Below are positions 8,603 through 17,098 of a stretch of 64,000 nt of DNA, piece by piece. Every line of letters begins with the position of its first letter. Position 1 is the stretch's first letter. This DNA comes from Candidatus Aminicenantes bacterium (GTDB taxonomy: Bacteria > Acidobacteriota > Aminicenantia > Aminicenantales > JAFGBC01): NCBI GenBank assembly GCA_963702005.1, contig OY969696.1:3968001-4032000 (forward strand). Reading direction: 5' to 3'. The notes beneath the pieces were generated by a model. The model did no database searches. It was given only the letters and a program-made list of their open reading frames with translations, and was not told where the DNA came from. The position numbers were made by a program, and so were the translations under genes.

Positions 8603-10063
8603 TTAACGGTACCGCCGGGCGAGTTCCGCCGCGGACGTTCCGGCGGCGATGAGCTCGGCCGCTCGGGCCGTGAATACCCACTCCTCGAAGAGCTTGTCGA
8701 GGTTGATTTCAGACCTTTTTTTTATGAAGTCGACGAATTGCCGGGCCGTAGCGCCCGTGTCGAAATAACCGCGATAGAAATCTCCGATCGTTTCCAGGAA
8801 TGCTTCTTCCCCCAGCGTCCGGTACAGAAGATAGAAGAAGACCTGACCCATGCGGTAGGAAAGATCCGTCAATTGTTTGACCCCGTAATCGATCATCGGG
8901 GTCTCTTTCCAGCCGGGATGCTCGCGAAATGTTTCGGCCATCCGGACGAGCGATTCGCCGACCGCTTTCTCGACAGCCCCATTGTTGTCCTCCAGCTTTT
9001 CCTGAACGAAGTGCTGGAGAAACATGGCCAGCCCCTCGCTCTCGAAACGGGGAGGAAGGGGATCCTTGGCTTCCACGTTCCAGAGGTGGGAAAGTTCATG
9101 ATAGAACGAGTAACGGCCGGAGGGGTTCTTGAACGCGCCGGCCTCCTGGATGATAGCGGCGACATCGGCTTGGGAGCCGAAGCCGTCCGGAATCTCGATG
9201 ACGGTCAACCCCCGAAAAACCTTGAGCGGTCCGAACCAACGGGAGTAGAGTTCCATCGTCCTCGTCAGGCTCGCGAGGAGCTCTCCCGCCCCCTTGACAT
9301 CCTCGGGAAAAGCGAATATCCGGAGTCGTCCCCCCTCCCCTTCAAGGATGGTGTATTTCGAAACGGCCAGGTCAATGCGCCAGGACGGGACTTTGTCTCG
9401 GTAGACCCAAGTCGTCCGGCCGTCTTTGTCCTCCTTCGAGATCAAATCTCCGCCGTTGGCGACGACGAGCGAGGAGGGAACCGTAAGCGAAACCCGATAT
9501 CCGAAATCATCCAGGCCCTGGGCCCGGTTCGTCAGCCAGGAGGGGACCCCGATCTGCGGAAAAGCGTAGCTGTCCGAGCGGATCAAGGTCAGCTCCCGGC
9601 TGACGCGGTCCTTAACGTATCGCATCGCTTCGGCGTAGCCCAGAAGGAGCCCGCCATACCGAATCCGGAGCGTGGCCTGTTTCCCCGGTCCGAGGAGCGG
9701 ATCGATTCTGACCCGAATGTGGTTGACCTGCAATTCCCTCCAGTCCTCGAAGATCTTGACGTTCTGGGTAAACTCGAGTGGGGTCCCCTTTTCGTCCGTC
9801 ACCGAGGAAACCTCCATGAGGCGGTAGAGATTCAGGGGAATGACCGAGATGGGCTGATCGCCGCCGTTCTTCACGGTCAATGAGCAATCGCCGGCGATGG
9901 CGCCCGATTCGAAGTCAATGTCGATCTTGAGGTCGTAGTAAAGCGGCTTGGGAAGGACCGCGATGTCTTCGGTTGGAGAGAAGCCCAAAGCCGGCGCCGG
10001 TCGCGGACATGCCGCTATAAGGAGGCCGGACAAACATGCGAGGAGAGACAGCCGTTTTTGCAT
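8603..10063 (-). CDS. M1-family (gluzincin) aminopeptidase, secreted or lipoprotein
   Basis: HELSH followed by SEGLA; N-terminal signal with IAAC. Confidence 0.85.
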   Translation of the reverse strand: MQKRLSLLACLSGLLIAACPRPAPALGFSPTEDIAVLPKPLYYDLKIDIDFESGAIAGDCSLTVKNGGDQPISVIPLNLYRLMEVSSVTDEKGTPLEFTQNVKIFEDWRELQVNHIRVRIDPLLGPGKQATLRIRYGGLLLGYAEAMRYVKDRVSRELTLIRSDSYAFPQIGVPSWLTNRAQGLDDFGYRVSLTVPSSLVVANGGDLISKEDKDGRTTWVYRDKVPSWRIDLAVSKYTILEGEGGRLRIFAFPEDVKGAGELLASLTRTMELYSRWFGPLKVFRGLTVIEIPDGFGSQADVAAIIQEAGAFKNPSGRYSFYHELSHLWNVEAKDPLPPRFESEGLAMFLQHFVQEKLEDNNGAVEKAVGESLVRMAETFREHPGWKETPMIDYGVKQLTDLSYRMGQVFFYLLYRTLGEEAFLETIGDFYRGYFDTGATARQFVDFIKKRSEINLDKLFEEWVFTARAAELIAAGTSAAELARRYR

Positions 10064-10198
10064 TTTTAGACTCCTCGCTTAGTCTATCATGATTTCCTTC
10101 CGCTATTAAGGTTCGTTCTTGTCCATTCTCGTTCGTTCTCGTTTTTGACAAAGGGTCCAAAAATAGTCTAAATTGACCCCTTCCGGATTGGAACGACC

Positions 10199-11491
10199 AT
10201 GAACGCAACAGCGTCCGCCCTTCTCGTGCTGGCCGTTATGGTCGCGGCCTACATCGCGGCCAAGCTCCTCAAGATCTCGACCGAGCTGGCCCTGTTCGCG
10301 GCCGCCCTGGCGGGAGCGCTGGCCGGCGGGGCCGGGATTCCGGTCCGGCACATCGCCGAAGGCGCCTTCACCTATTTCGACATCATCCTCATCTTCGTCA
10401 CGGCGACCCTGTTCATGAACCTTCTCAAGGAATCGGGAGGCGTCGCCTTCGTCGTCCGGTCCGTCATCCGCCGCTTCCACCGTCGGAAGGCCGTCTTGTT
10501 CACCCTGTTCGCGATGCTTCTTCTCATCCCGGGCGCACTGACCGGAGCGGGCAGCGTGACCGTCCTCGTCATGGGCGGCATGGTCGCGACCGTCCTCGGC
10601 TACATGGACCTGCCTCGGCCCCGAATCGCGGCCATCATCTTCGTGATCGCCGGTCTGAGCGCGGCGGCTCCCCCGGTCAGCCTATGGGCGATGCTGACCG
10701 CAGCCGGCGTCAACATGCCCTACGTCGGGTTCTTTCTGCCCCTCCTCGTCCCCTGCGTGCTGCTCGCCATGGCGACGATCTTCTGGCTGGGCCGAAAGGC
10801 TAAACCCGTCAACCTCGACCTCGCCCTGCGCGAGCTTCCCCAGCCTCCGGCCGGAATGAGCTGGCTCCGAATCGTCCTCCCCTTCCTCGCCTTTCTTGTC
10901 CTGGTCGCGGCCGGAAGAGTTTGGCCGTTCTCCTTCCCCATCCTCGGCCTCCCGCTCATCTTCGCCGCCGCGGCCGGGCTGACCCTCGTTCTATCCCCGG
11001 TGCGCCTACCCGTCCTCCAAATCGCACGGCGGACGGTCGAGCAGCTCCTGCCGCTCATCGGGACGCTGACCTGCGCGGGAATCCTGGTCCAGATCATGAC
11101 CTTGACCGGAGTCCGCGGGCTCATCGCCGTCACCGTCGTCACCCTTCCCGTCATCGTGGTTTATTTTACGCTGTTCGTGACCCTCCCCATCTCAGAGGCC
11201 GTCCTGATGTGGGGGGCGGCGCCGGTCCTCGGCGTCCCGCTCGTTCTTCTGTTCAACACGATCAACCTCAATCCGATCGTCGCCCTGGCCGGGATGAGCG
11301 TCATCTGGCCGCTCGGCGACGCCGTCCCGCCCACGGCCATCATCGGGCGGCTGACGGCGGATACGGTCGGCATGAAAGAGCCCTACGGAAAGTTCCTCAA
11401 GGAATGCCTGGTCCCGGCCCTACTGATCGCGGCGGTCGGGACGCTGATGGTCGTCTTCAGCAAAAAACTGGCCTTCCTCACGGTGTTCTGA
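10199..11491 (+). CDS. IT-superfamily / TRAP DctM-like large permease
   Basis: About 12 hydrophobic segments; PPVS and PPTA motifs. Confidence 0.8.
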   Translation: MNATASALLVLAVMVAAYIAAKLLKISTELALFAAALAGALAGGAGIPVRHIAEGAFTYFDIILIFVTATLFMNLLKESGGVAFVVRSVIRRFHRRKAVLFTLFAMLLLIPGALTGAGSVTVLVMGGMVATVLGYMDLPRPRIAAIIFVIAGLSAAAPPVSLWAMLTAAGVNMPYVGFFLPLLVPCVLLAMATIFWLGRKAKPVNLDLALRELPQPPAGMSWLRIVLPFLAFLVLVAAGRVWPFSFPILGLPLIFAAAAGLTLVLSPVRLPVLQIARRTVEQLLPLIGTLTCAGILVQIMTLTGVRGLIAVTVVTLPVIVVYFTLFVTLPISEAVLMWGAAPVLGVPLVLLFNTINLNPIVALAGMSVIWPLGDAVPPTAIIGRLTADTVGMKEPYGKFLKECLVPALLIAAVGTLMVVFSKKLAFLTVF

Positions 11492-11640
11492 TGATCGTCA
11501 CGATCCTTTATTATCTGCTGACGGCCTTGGTGGCCGCCCTCATCATCTGGAACGTCGTCAAGAGCCGCAAGTGGCAGGACGAGATTCTCTACGTCATCGT
11601 CCTCATCCCCTTTCTGCTGCGGCTCCTTAGGTTAAAATGA
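11491..11640 (+). CDS. Small 49-aa two-TM membrane protein
   Basis: TGATG overlap with the upstream gene and ATGA overlap with the downstream gene; MIVTILYYLLTALVAALIIWNVVKSRKWQDEILYVIVLIPFLLRLLRLK. Confidence 0.75.
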   Translation: MIVTILYYLLTALVAALIIWNVVKSRKWQDEILYVIVLIPFLLRLLRLK

Positions 11641-12790
11641 ATCGGCGCAAAATTGTCATCGGGATTTTCGGCCTGGCCCTCCTCTTTTTTTCCGGGGCGA
11701 GCTTCTACCGCAGCCGCCATCTTAAGGAGCCCGTCGTCGCGAGCGCCGGGGTCGCCAAGGTCGTGAAGCTGGGCGACTATTTCCAGGGAGTTCGGGGAAC
11801 GATCAACGACTCCAACGTCTATGTCTTGGAAGGCTCTGAACCGGGCGGGACCATCCTCGTCCTGGGCGGCTCGCATCCCGAGGAGCCGGGGGGCGGCTGG
11901 CGGCCTGGATCCTGGCCGAACAGGGTATTGTCCGGAAGGGCCGCCTGTTGGTCGTTCTTTCCGCCAACCGGAGCGCGACGACGGTGACCCGGCTGGGCGG
12001 CGCCTATCCGCCCGACTTCTCGATCAAGACGAGCTGGGGCGCTCAGACCTTCCGGATGGGCGATCGCTGGTCAAATCCGCTCGACCAATGGCCGGACCCC
12101 GAGGTCTACATCCATTATCCGAGCCGCCAGGAGCTGGCTTACGTCGACATCCGCAACCTCAATCGAGCCTGGCCGGGACGCAAGAACGGCACCCTGACCG
12201 AGCGGACTTGCTTCGCTTTGATCGAGCTCATCCGCCGCGAGAAAGTCGACATCGTCATCGACCTCCATGAGGCCGAACTCCAATATCCGGTCATCTCGAC
12301 CATCGTCGCCCACCAGAAGGGACAGGACCTGGCCGCGATGGCCTCGATGATGATCTCGGGCTCGGAAGGGTTCAACATCGGCGTCGAGTATTCGCCGCTG
12401 ACCCTCCACGGCCTATCCCACCGCGAGATCGGCGACCACACCGATGCGATCTCGCTCCTGCTCGAGGCGCCCGAACCCTTCCTGGACGCGACGCGGGGCC
12501 GGACCGGGACCGATCTGCTGTTGACCGGCCGCGATCCCTTCATCGTCAAGGCCGGCCGGCACGGGCTGCTGTTCGAGAAGATCGACGAGAAAGGCTGGCC
12601 GATCGATGTCAGGGTCGGCCGTCACACATCGGCAATCCTCCAGATTCTGGAAACTTGGTCCGGGGACAAGCCCGACCGGGCCGTCGTCCTCGAAGGAATC
12701 CCCCGCTACCAAGAAGTTGTCGCCAAGGGCGTGGGCGCGTTCTTGCGCGACCCGTCCAAAGCGGACCCTAAATCAATTTACTACGAATAG
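11637..12790 (+). CDS. Succinylglutamate desuccinylase/aspartoacylase-family deacylase (frameshift at G6 run 11888-11893)
   Basis: GGSHPEE, RNLNRAWPG and IDLHEA motifs; one extra G restores GRLAAWILAEQG...VVLSANR. Confidence 0.8.
12713..12790 (+). repeat. Copy 1 of a diverged 78-bp direct repeat (3' end of the deacylase gene)
   Basis: 63/78 nt identical to 14709-14786 by hand alignment. Confidence 0.85.
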
Positions 12791-12792
12791 AT

Positions 12793-12847
12793 GTCGCGGA
12801 TCAGGCGGGGTTATTGGCCATCGCTTGCATCCGCCTTTTTAGGCGGA
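12793..12847 (-). mobile_element. Degenerate attC site
   Basis: Minus CCGCCTAAA-AAG-GCGGATgCAAGC...GCCTGATCCGC stem with a bulged base; R' GTT is lost; CCGCCTAAA matches the cassette start TTTGGGCGG near 13259 at 8/9. Confidence 0.5.
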
Positions 12848-13239
12848 GTGCTGTTGTTTGACGCATCTTCCGAAGAGAGAATCCAGCGAATGGCGCTTTC
12901 AAAGTCCGTGAAGGCATTAACCGAAAAACCGCGGTTATGCGAGCATGTCTCAAGGAACGCGGCGGAGTCAAATGCGACGCCCGGAAAAACGAGAACGGCC
13001 ACTTTTCTGTGAAAGGTGTCGCCGTGCTCGCTGAGTTCCGCTGCAAGCCGATACAGATCGACCGTCGACATCTGCCACTGCGTGTCACGGAAATCAATGA
13101 GCAGATCGTAGTCCACCGGGTGGTGCTCAGCCTTGGCTATATCTACAAGAAGTTGTCTGCTTGTGGTGATGTCGATGATTCCCTCGGGAGCTACTTCAAG
13201 AAAATCCCCCGTCGTGATGATTTTGATCTTTGTTGCCAT
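12811..13239 (-). CDS. Hypothetical protein (STAS/SpoIIAA-like), cassette-like
   Basis: GGAGG RBS; LLIDFR...KVAVLV...AFTDFESAIRW pattern. Confidence 0.65.
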   Translation of the reverse strand: MATKIKIITTGDFLEVAPEGIIDITTSRQLLVDIAKAEHHPVDYDLLIDFRDTQWQMSTVDLYRLAAELSEHGDTFHRKVAVLVFPGVAFDSAAFLETCSHNRGFSVNAFTDFESAIRWILSSEDASNNSTPPKKADASDGQ

Positions 13240-13321
13240 GCGATCCTCCCCCGCCCAAATTCCCAGATTAAATAATATAACATCGCACATAAAATATCAA
13301 CATAGAATCGGCCGCGATCCC

Positions 13322-13551
13322 TTAGATTTTTAATCCGGGCGCCGGGGTGGCCAGCACCGCTATGTAGGCGGCAAAGGTCGGTCCCAGGCCGCCGAGCATG
13401 TTAAGAAGCATGAAGGGCAGGTGGCCATAGACCGTCGTCCGCGCGCGAGCCAGCGGCACCAAGATCCCCCAACAGGACCAACTGACCAGAAACGAGACCG
13501 CCAGAAAGATATTGAGACGGCTCAGGGGATTTCCGGAATAGTCAGCTTCAT
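13322..13551 (-). pseudogene. Truncated N-terminus of a CPBP-like membrane protein
   Basis: FLAVSFLVSWSCWG...GGLGPTFAA, then an abrupt end; the start codon is out of frame. Confidence 0.5.
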
Positions 13552-14138
13552 TTGCTTTCAATGTCGTCCGATTGGATGAGCGCCACCTTGTTCTGTTTAT
13601 CAAGGACATAGTGCTGCAGCAGCGTAGCGTTTGCAAATTCCGTGCGATAACGATAGTTCCGCCAACCGTCCTCATCCCAGCGTGCGACAAGGGTCATCGA
13701 GATAAAGCCGCCGAGCCGTTTCAGATCGGCCTGAAGCTCCTTTTGGTTGGGATAAAACTCCTTCCAAAAATCAGCGGTGTAGTCGCCGGGCCGGACGGTG
13801 CCGCCGAACATATCCTCAACGATGGCGTAAAGATGTTTCGTGACATCGGGTTCCCGGTCGGGAATCGGCTCCCATTTCTCCATGAATCCCGCCACCCAAT
13901 CGAAGGCGAGGCCTTCCGTGTTGACTCCACCTTGGGGCTGACCGTCATCAAATCCGACATAGGCGCAGCCCCAATGCCCTTCTCCGGCCGGAACAAACCA
14001 TATCCGGCTCTTGGGGTTCGACCAATCCTCGTTATTACAGAAGAGCGCCCGTTTCGCATCGGTGAGCACGAAGATGGTGCAGGCAAGAACCGGCGCGGAG
14101 ATGGAGCAAAAAAAGGCCAAGGCAAGACCATGTTTCAT
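13548..14138 (-). pseudogene. Chimeric or internally deleted Ntn hydrolase (linear amide C-N hydrolase-like)
   Basis: Signal peptide + ACTIF...CNNED...GGVNTEGLAFD; the domain breaks off after about 90 aa into unrelated sequence. Confidence 0.5.
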
Positions 14139-14644
14139 CGGGCGGCGCTTTGTTCGGCATTCTGAAAGAGGAGTTGCCAATAACCCACGTCAATCCACCG
14201 GCCGAACTTCCGGCCAACCTCCTTAAAATGCGCAACCTTGACAAATCCCAGACTTTCATGCAGAGCCACGCTGCCTTCATTCGGCAGGGCGATCCCTCCA
14301 ATGGCTCCATGCAAGGAACGGTTGCGAAGCTCGGATATCAGAGATTCATACAGCTGTCTTCCTATCCCTTTGCCGATGAAATCGGGATGGAGATAGATGG
14401 CGCTCTCCACGGAAAATCGATAGGCGCAGCGACTCTTCCATTGGCTCGCATAAGCATAGCCAACGACTTTTCCGTTTTCCTCGAACACAAACCATGGCAA
14501 AGAAGATGTTACTTCCGCGATTCGGCTCCGCATCTCCTGGATGGGAACGGGTTCTTCCTCAAAAGAGATGAGGGTATTCTTAACGTAATGGTTGTATATA
14601 TCGCAAATAGCCCCTGCATCTTCGATTTTTACATTGCGTATCAT
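14135..14644 (-). CDS. GNAT N-acetyltransferase (phosphinothricin/YncA family), cassette-like
   Basis: IYNHYV...ISFEE, GKGIG, NEGSVALHESLGF, GRKFGRWIDV; flanked by GTTCGGC (14663-14657) and GCCGAAC (14158-14152). Confidence 0.92.
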   Translation of the reverse strand: MIRNVKIEDAGAICDIYNHYVKNTLISFEEEPVPIQEMRSRIAEVTSSLPWFVFEENGKVVGYAYASQWKSRCAYRFSVESAIYLHPDFIGKGIGRQLYESLISELRNRSLHGAIGGIALPNEGSVALHESLGFVKVAHFKEVGRKFGRWIDVGYWQLLFQNAEQSAAR

Positions 14645-14708
14645 GGCTTTCCTTCCGCCGAACATTATTTACATCGATCCGTATAATACTCCCAACATGG
14701 CTTTGGAG

Positions 14709-14786
14709 GAAGTCGTGGCTAAGGGGACGGATGCGTTCCTGCGCAACCCGTCTAAAGCGGCCCCTAAGTCTATTTATTACGAATAG
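14709..14786 (+). repeat. Copy 2 of the diverged 78-bp direct repeat
   Basis: Encodes EVVAKGTDAFLRNPSKAAPKSIYYE*, versus EVVAKGVGAFLRDPSKADPKSIYYE* in copy 1. Confidence 0.85.
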
Positions 14787-14841
14787 GACCTTCCTGTCGA
14801 CGAACTAAAAAACGTATAGCTTTATCTAATACATTTTTCAG

Positions 14842-14870
14842 TTGACAATATGTCCAATATGACATATCCT
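14842..14870 (+). promoter_or_regulatory. sigma70 promoter with palindromic operator for the TA operon
   Basis: TTGACA-17 nt-TATCCT; ATATGTC-N6-GACATAT inverted repeat. Confidence 0.7.
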
Positions 14871-14878
14871 TTTGAAGG

Positions 14879-15211
14879 ATGATTTTTACAGATAAACCGC
14901 TTGTCTGGCTTCATGGTGAGGTTAAGACCCCACCCCTTTCCAAGGAGGCCCGATTGGAGGTTGGATACTTGCTTCGCTTGCTTCAGAGCGGGGAGTCTTT
15001 GAAAATACCTTGGTCTCGGCCAATGCCATCCCTGGGGCTCAGGTGTCACGAGCTGAGGGTTAATGATGTCTTCCGTACCTGGAGAATCATTTACAGAATA
15101 GACCCCGATGCGATCGTGATTCTAGAGGTTTTTCGGAAGCAAACGCGGAGCACGCCCAAGTCCATCTTGGACTCATGCCGGAAGCGTTTGCGAGACTATG
15201 ATGCCTGTTAG
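14879..15211 (+). CDS. RelE/ParE-superfamily toxin (Gp49/HigB-like)
   Basis: SRPMPSLG..CHELRV...WRIIYRID..AIVILEVFRKQT..TP. Confidence 0.88.
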   Translation: MIFTDKPLVWLHGEVKTPPLSKEARLEVGYLLRLLQSGESLKIPWSRPMPSLGLRCHELRVNDVFRTWRIIYRIDPDAIVILEVFRKQTRSTPKSILDSCRKRLRDYDAC

Positions 15212-15222
15212 AGAGGTTTAAA

Positions 15223-15528
15223 ATGGATGCAGCCAAACGAAAAAGACTCGAAAAAGCAGGGTGGAAAGTCGGTACACCTCAAGAATTTCTCAACCTATCC
15301 AAAGAAGAGGCGGTCTATATTGAACTCAAACTCCGACTGGCAAAAGAACTCCTTGAACGCCGGCGGTCGCTTGGGATGAGCCAAATCGCGGTCGCGAAAA
15401 GAATACGTTCAAGCCAATCAAGAGTCGCGAAGATGGAAGCGGGAGACCCGTCCGTCTCCATTGATTTGCTCGTCAGGTCATTACTCGCCCTGGGCGGAAC
15501 CGTTCAGGCTCTACATAAGGCTTTTTAA
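15223..15528 (+). CDS. XRE-family HTH antitoxin (HigA-like)
   Basis: MSQIAVAKRIRSSQSRVAKMEAG HTH; lies downstream of the toxin. Confidence 0.88.
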   Translation: MDAAKRKRLEKAGWKVGTPQEFLNLSKEEAVYIELKLRLAKELLERRRSLGMSQIAVAKRIRSSQSRVAKMEAGDPSVSIDLLVRSLLALGGTVQALHKAF

Positions 15529-15599
15529 TCAGGTCGGCCGGCATACCTCCGCCGCTTGCAGATTCTTTAAAATTGATCGGAAGACGAGCCCGCCGCGCT

Positions 15600-15638
15600 A
15601 TCGCGATCAAGGGCATCGCCTGAAGTGCCTTATTAGCT
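15600..15638 (-). mobile_element. Degenerate attC half-site
   Basis: AGCTAAT-AAGGCACTTCAGGCGATGCC just after the stop; approximates AACTAAC, the complement of the cassette start GTTAGTT. Confidence 0.35.
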
Positions 15639-15644
15639 GCACTA

Positions 15645-16058
15645 TCATAACAACCACATCACATATCGGACATGCCCCGTTTGAGCGTTCACAAGGAATA
15701 CCCAGACTGATTTGTCGGCAGAATATTCAAGGACAACATACCCTTTATTTTTCTGTCCGTTTATATAGGTTTGCCAACGCGAAAGCGGTAGTTTTTGGCC
15801 GGAGTATGGCCTTAAATACCTTAAGAACTCATTTGTTTCCTTTGGATCATACTGAAATTCTCCTTCAGATTTGTTTGTATCGAGATCGTTCGATGTCGTA
15901 ATATTTCTCGCTGACGAGGGGATAATATTAGGCAGCCAGCCCCGTTCAAAAACCTTTTCTGCCTCCGATTCGGATCGAGTGGCATAATGATTGGAAACAG
16001 CATTATTGCACGCCCCGAACAGAAAGAGGATAAGCACGATTATTGAAATGATTCTCAT
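15645..16058 (-). CDS. Hypothetical lipoprotein, gene cassette
   Basis: MRIISIIVLILFLFGAC lipobox; starts 12 nt after GTTAGTT; AT-rich. Confidence 0.7.
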   Translation of the reverse strand: MRIISIIVLILFLFGACNNAVSNHYATRSESEAEKVFERGWLPNIIPSSARNITTSNDLDTNKSEGEFQYDPKETNEFLRYLRPYSGQKLPLSRWQTYINGQKNKGYVVLEYSADKSVWVFLVNAQTGHVRYVMWLL

Positions 16059-16070
16059 ATTCACATTCTC

Positions 16071-16145
16071 AACTAACGATTTAAGCTCAAGCATGCCGCC
16101 ATACGAACTTCACGTCGTGGCGTCGTCTGCCGCGGCTTCTTAGAC
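16071..16145 (-). mobile_element. attC site (partly degenerate)
   Basis: Minus GTCTAAG...AAGCCGCGGCAGACGACGCCA / TGGCGGCATGCTTGAGCTT...GTTAGTT; GC-rich island between two AT-rich ORFs; R'' matches the cassette start GTTAGAC (16707-16701) at 6/7. Confidence 0.6.
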
Positions 16146-16168
16146 TCGTTATGCGCCAGCTGATCCTT

Positions 16169-16696
16169 TTATTTTTTACTTAAATCAATGATTGAATATA
16201 TCTTACTAAGGCGGGGTTCGCAACTTGATAACAAATGTGGATCTTGTCGGAGATTTTCTTCAAATTCAATTAGCCCCTCTGAAAGAGCGTGCTCGAGCGC
16301 CTCAAGTTCAACGCCTGTATGAGCCTCTGGTTTAGGGGCACGCTTGATTACCTCTCTAATGGTCTCAATCCCGCCAGCACCCCAACAATATAACAAGCGT
16401 CGTGCGTGGCCAGTTTGAGTTGCAGTAGAATCAGGAGTTGCAGTATGTAGAATTGCGCATCTGGCTCCCCAAAGGTCAGAAGAGTTCACGTCGGAAAGGT
16501 GTTTGATAAGGTACTTGTCAACGAATTTTCGAAAACGCGGACCAGCTTGTTTATCATCGCCTCCCGCCCAAATATACGAAAACATATCGATCGTCGTATA
16601 CATAATGATAAGGTATCCAAGGGGCAAATCGGCGCGATAAAGGGCATTGAGGGCACGTTTCTGTTGCTCGGCCAGTTGTTTGAACCGCTCAATCAT
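16169..16696 (-). CDS. Hypothetical protein, gene cassette (possible HEPN-like RxxxxH)
   Basis: ATG lies 4 nt after GTTAGAC; LWGARCAILH motif; AT-rich. Confidence 0.65.
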   Translation of the reverse strand: MIERFKQLAEQQKRALNALYRADLPLGYLIIMYTTIDMFSYIWAGGDDKQAGPRFRKFVDKYLIKHLSDVNSSDLWGARCAILHTATPDSTATQTGHARRLLYCWGAGGIETIREVIKRAPKPEAHTGVELEALEHALSEGLIEFEENLRQDPHLLSSCEPRLSKIYSIIDLSKK

Positions 16697-17098
16697 ATAG
16701 GTCTAACCATTAATATTTATCATGTAACAATTGATACGACATCTACCTAATTTACGAAATATTTTGAGTAACTCCATTTAATTGCCCCACAATATTGCGG
16801 TATTATTTTAGAATTATCCATATAAGATTTCAAATGGAATCAGATTTTCAGCTTTGCCGATAGCCAAGCTATTATTTTTAGTTTAGCCGGTGATCGTTAT
16901 TTAGGCCCCCCTCAAGGCGATTTGTAGAAAATAAAGATTATGTCACAAAGGAGGCCACCTCAAACTCTAAGGAAACCGTAGATCCGAAGTCAGTTTATTA
17001 CTAAAAAAACAATTATAACGGATAGGCTTCTATCTCCATTCCTGCCGAACGCTGTTTGAACCTCTCCTCATCAGCAGCTATAAGTCATGCGGCCTGTC

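Noticed and set aside
11888-11893. Frameshift in the deacylase as phase variation or programmed frameshifting
   Set aside because: A single missing base in a short G6 run, the same pattern as at 36009-36014; a homopolymer sequencing error is the simplest explanation until reads are checked
17030-17095. GTTCGGC on the minus strand near 17050 as another attC end
   Set aside because: No pairing arm and no intact downstream ORF
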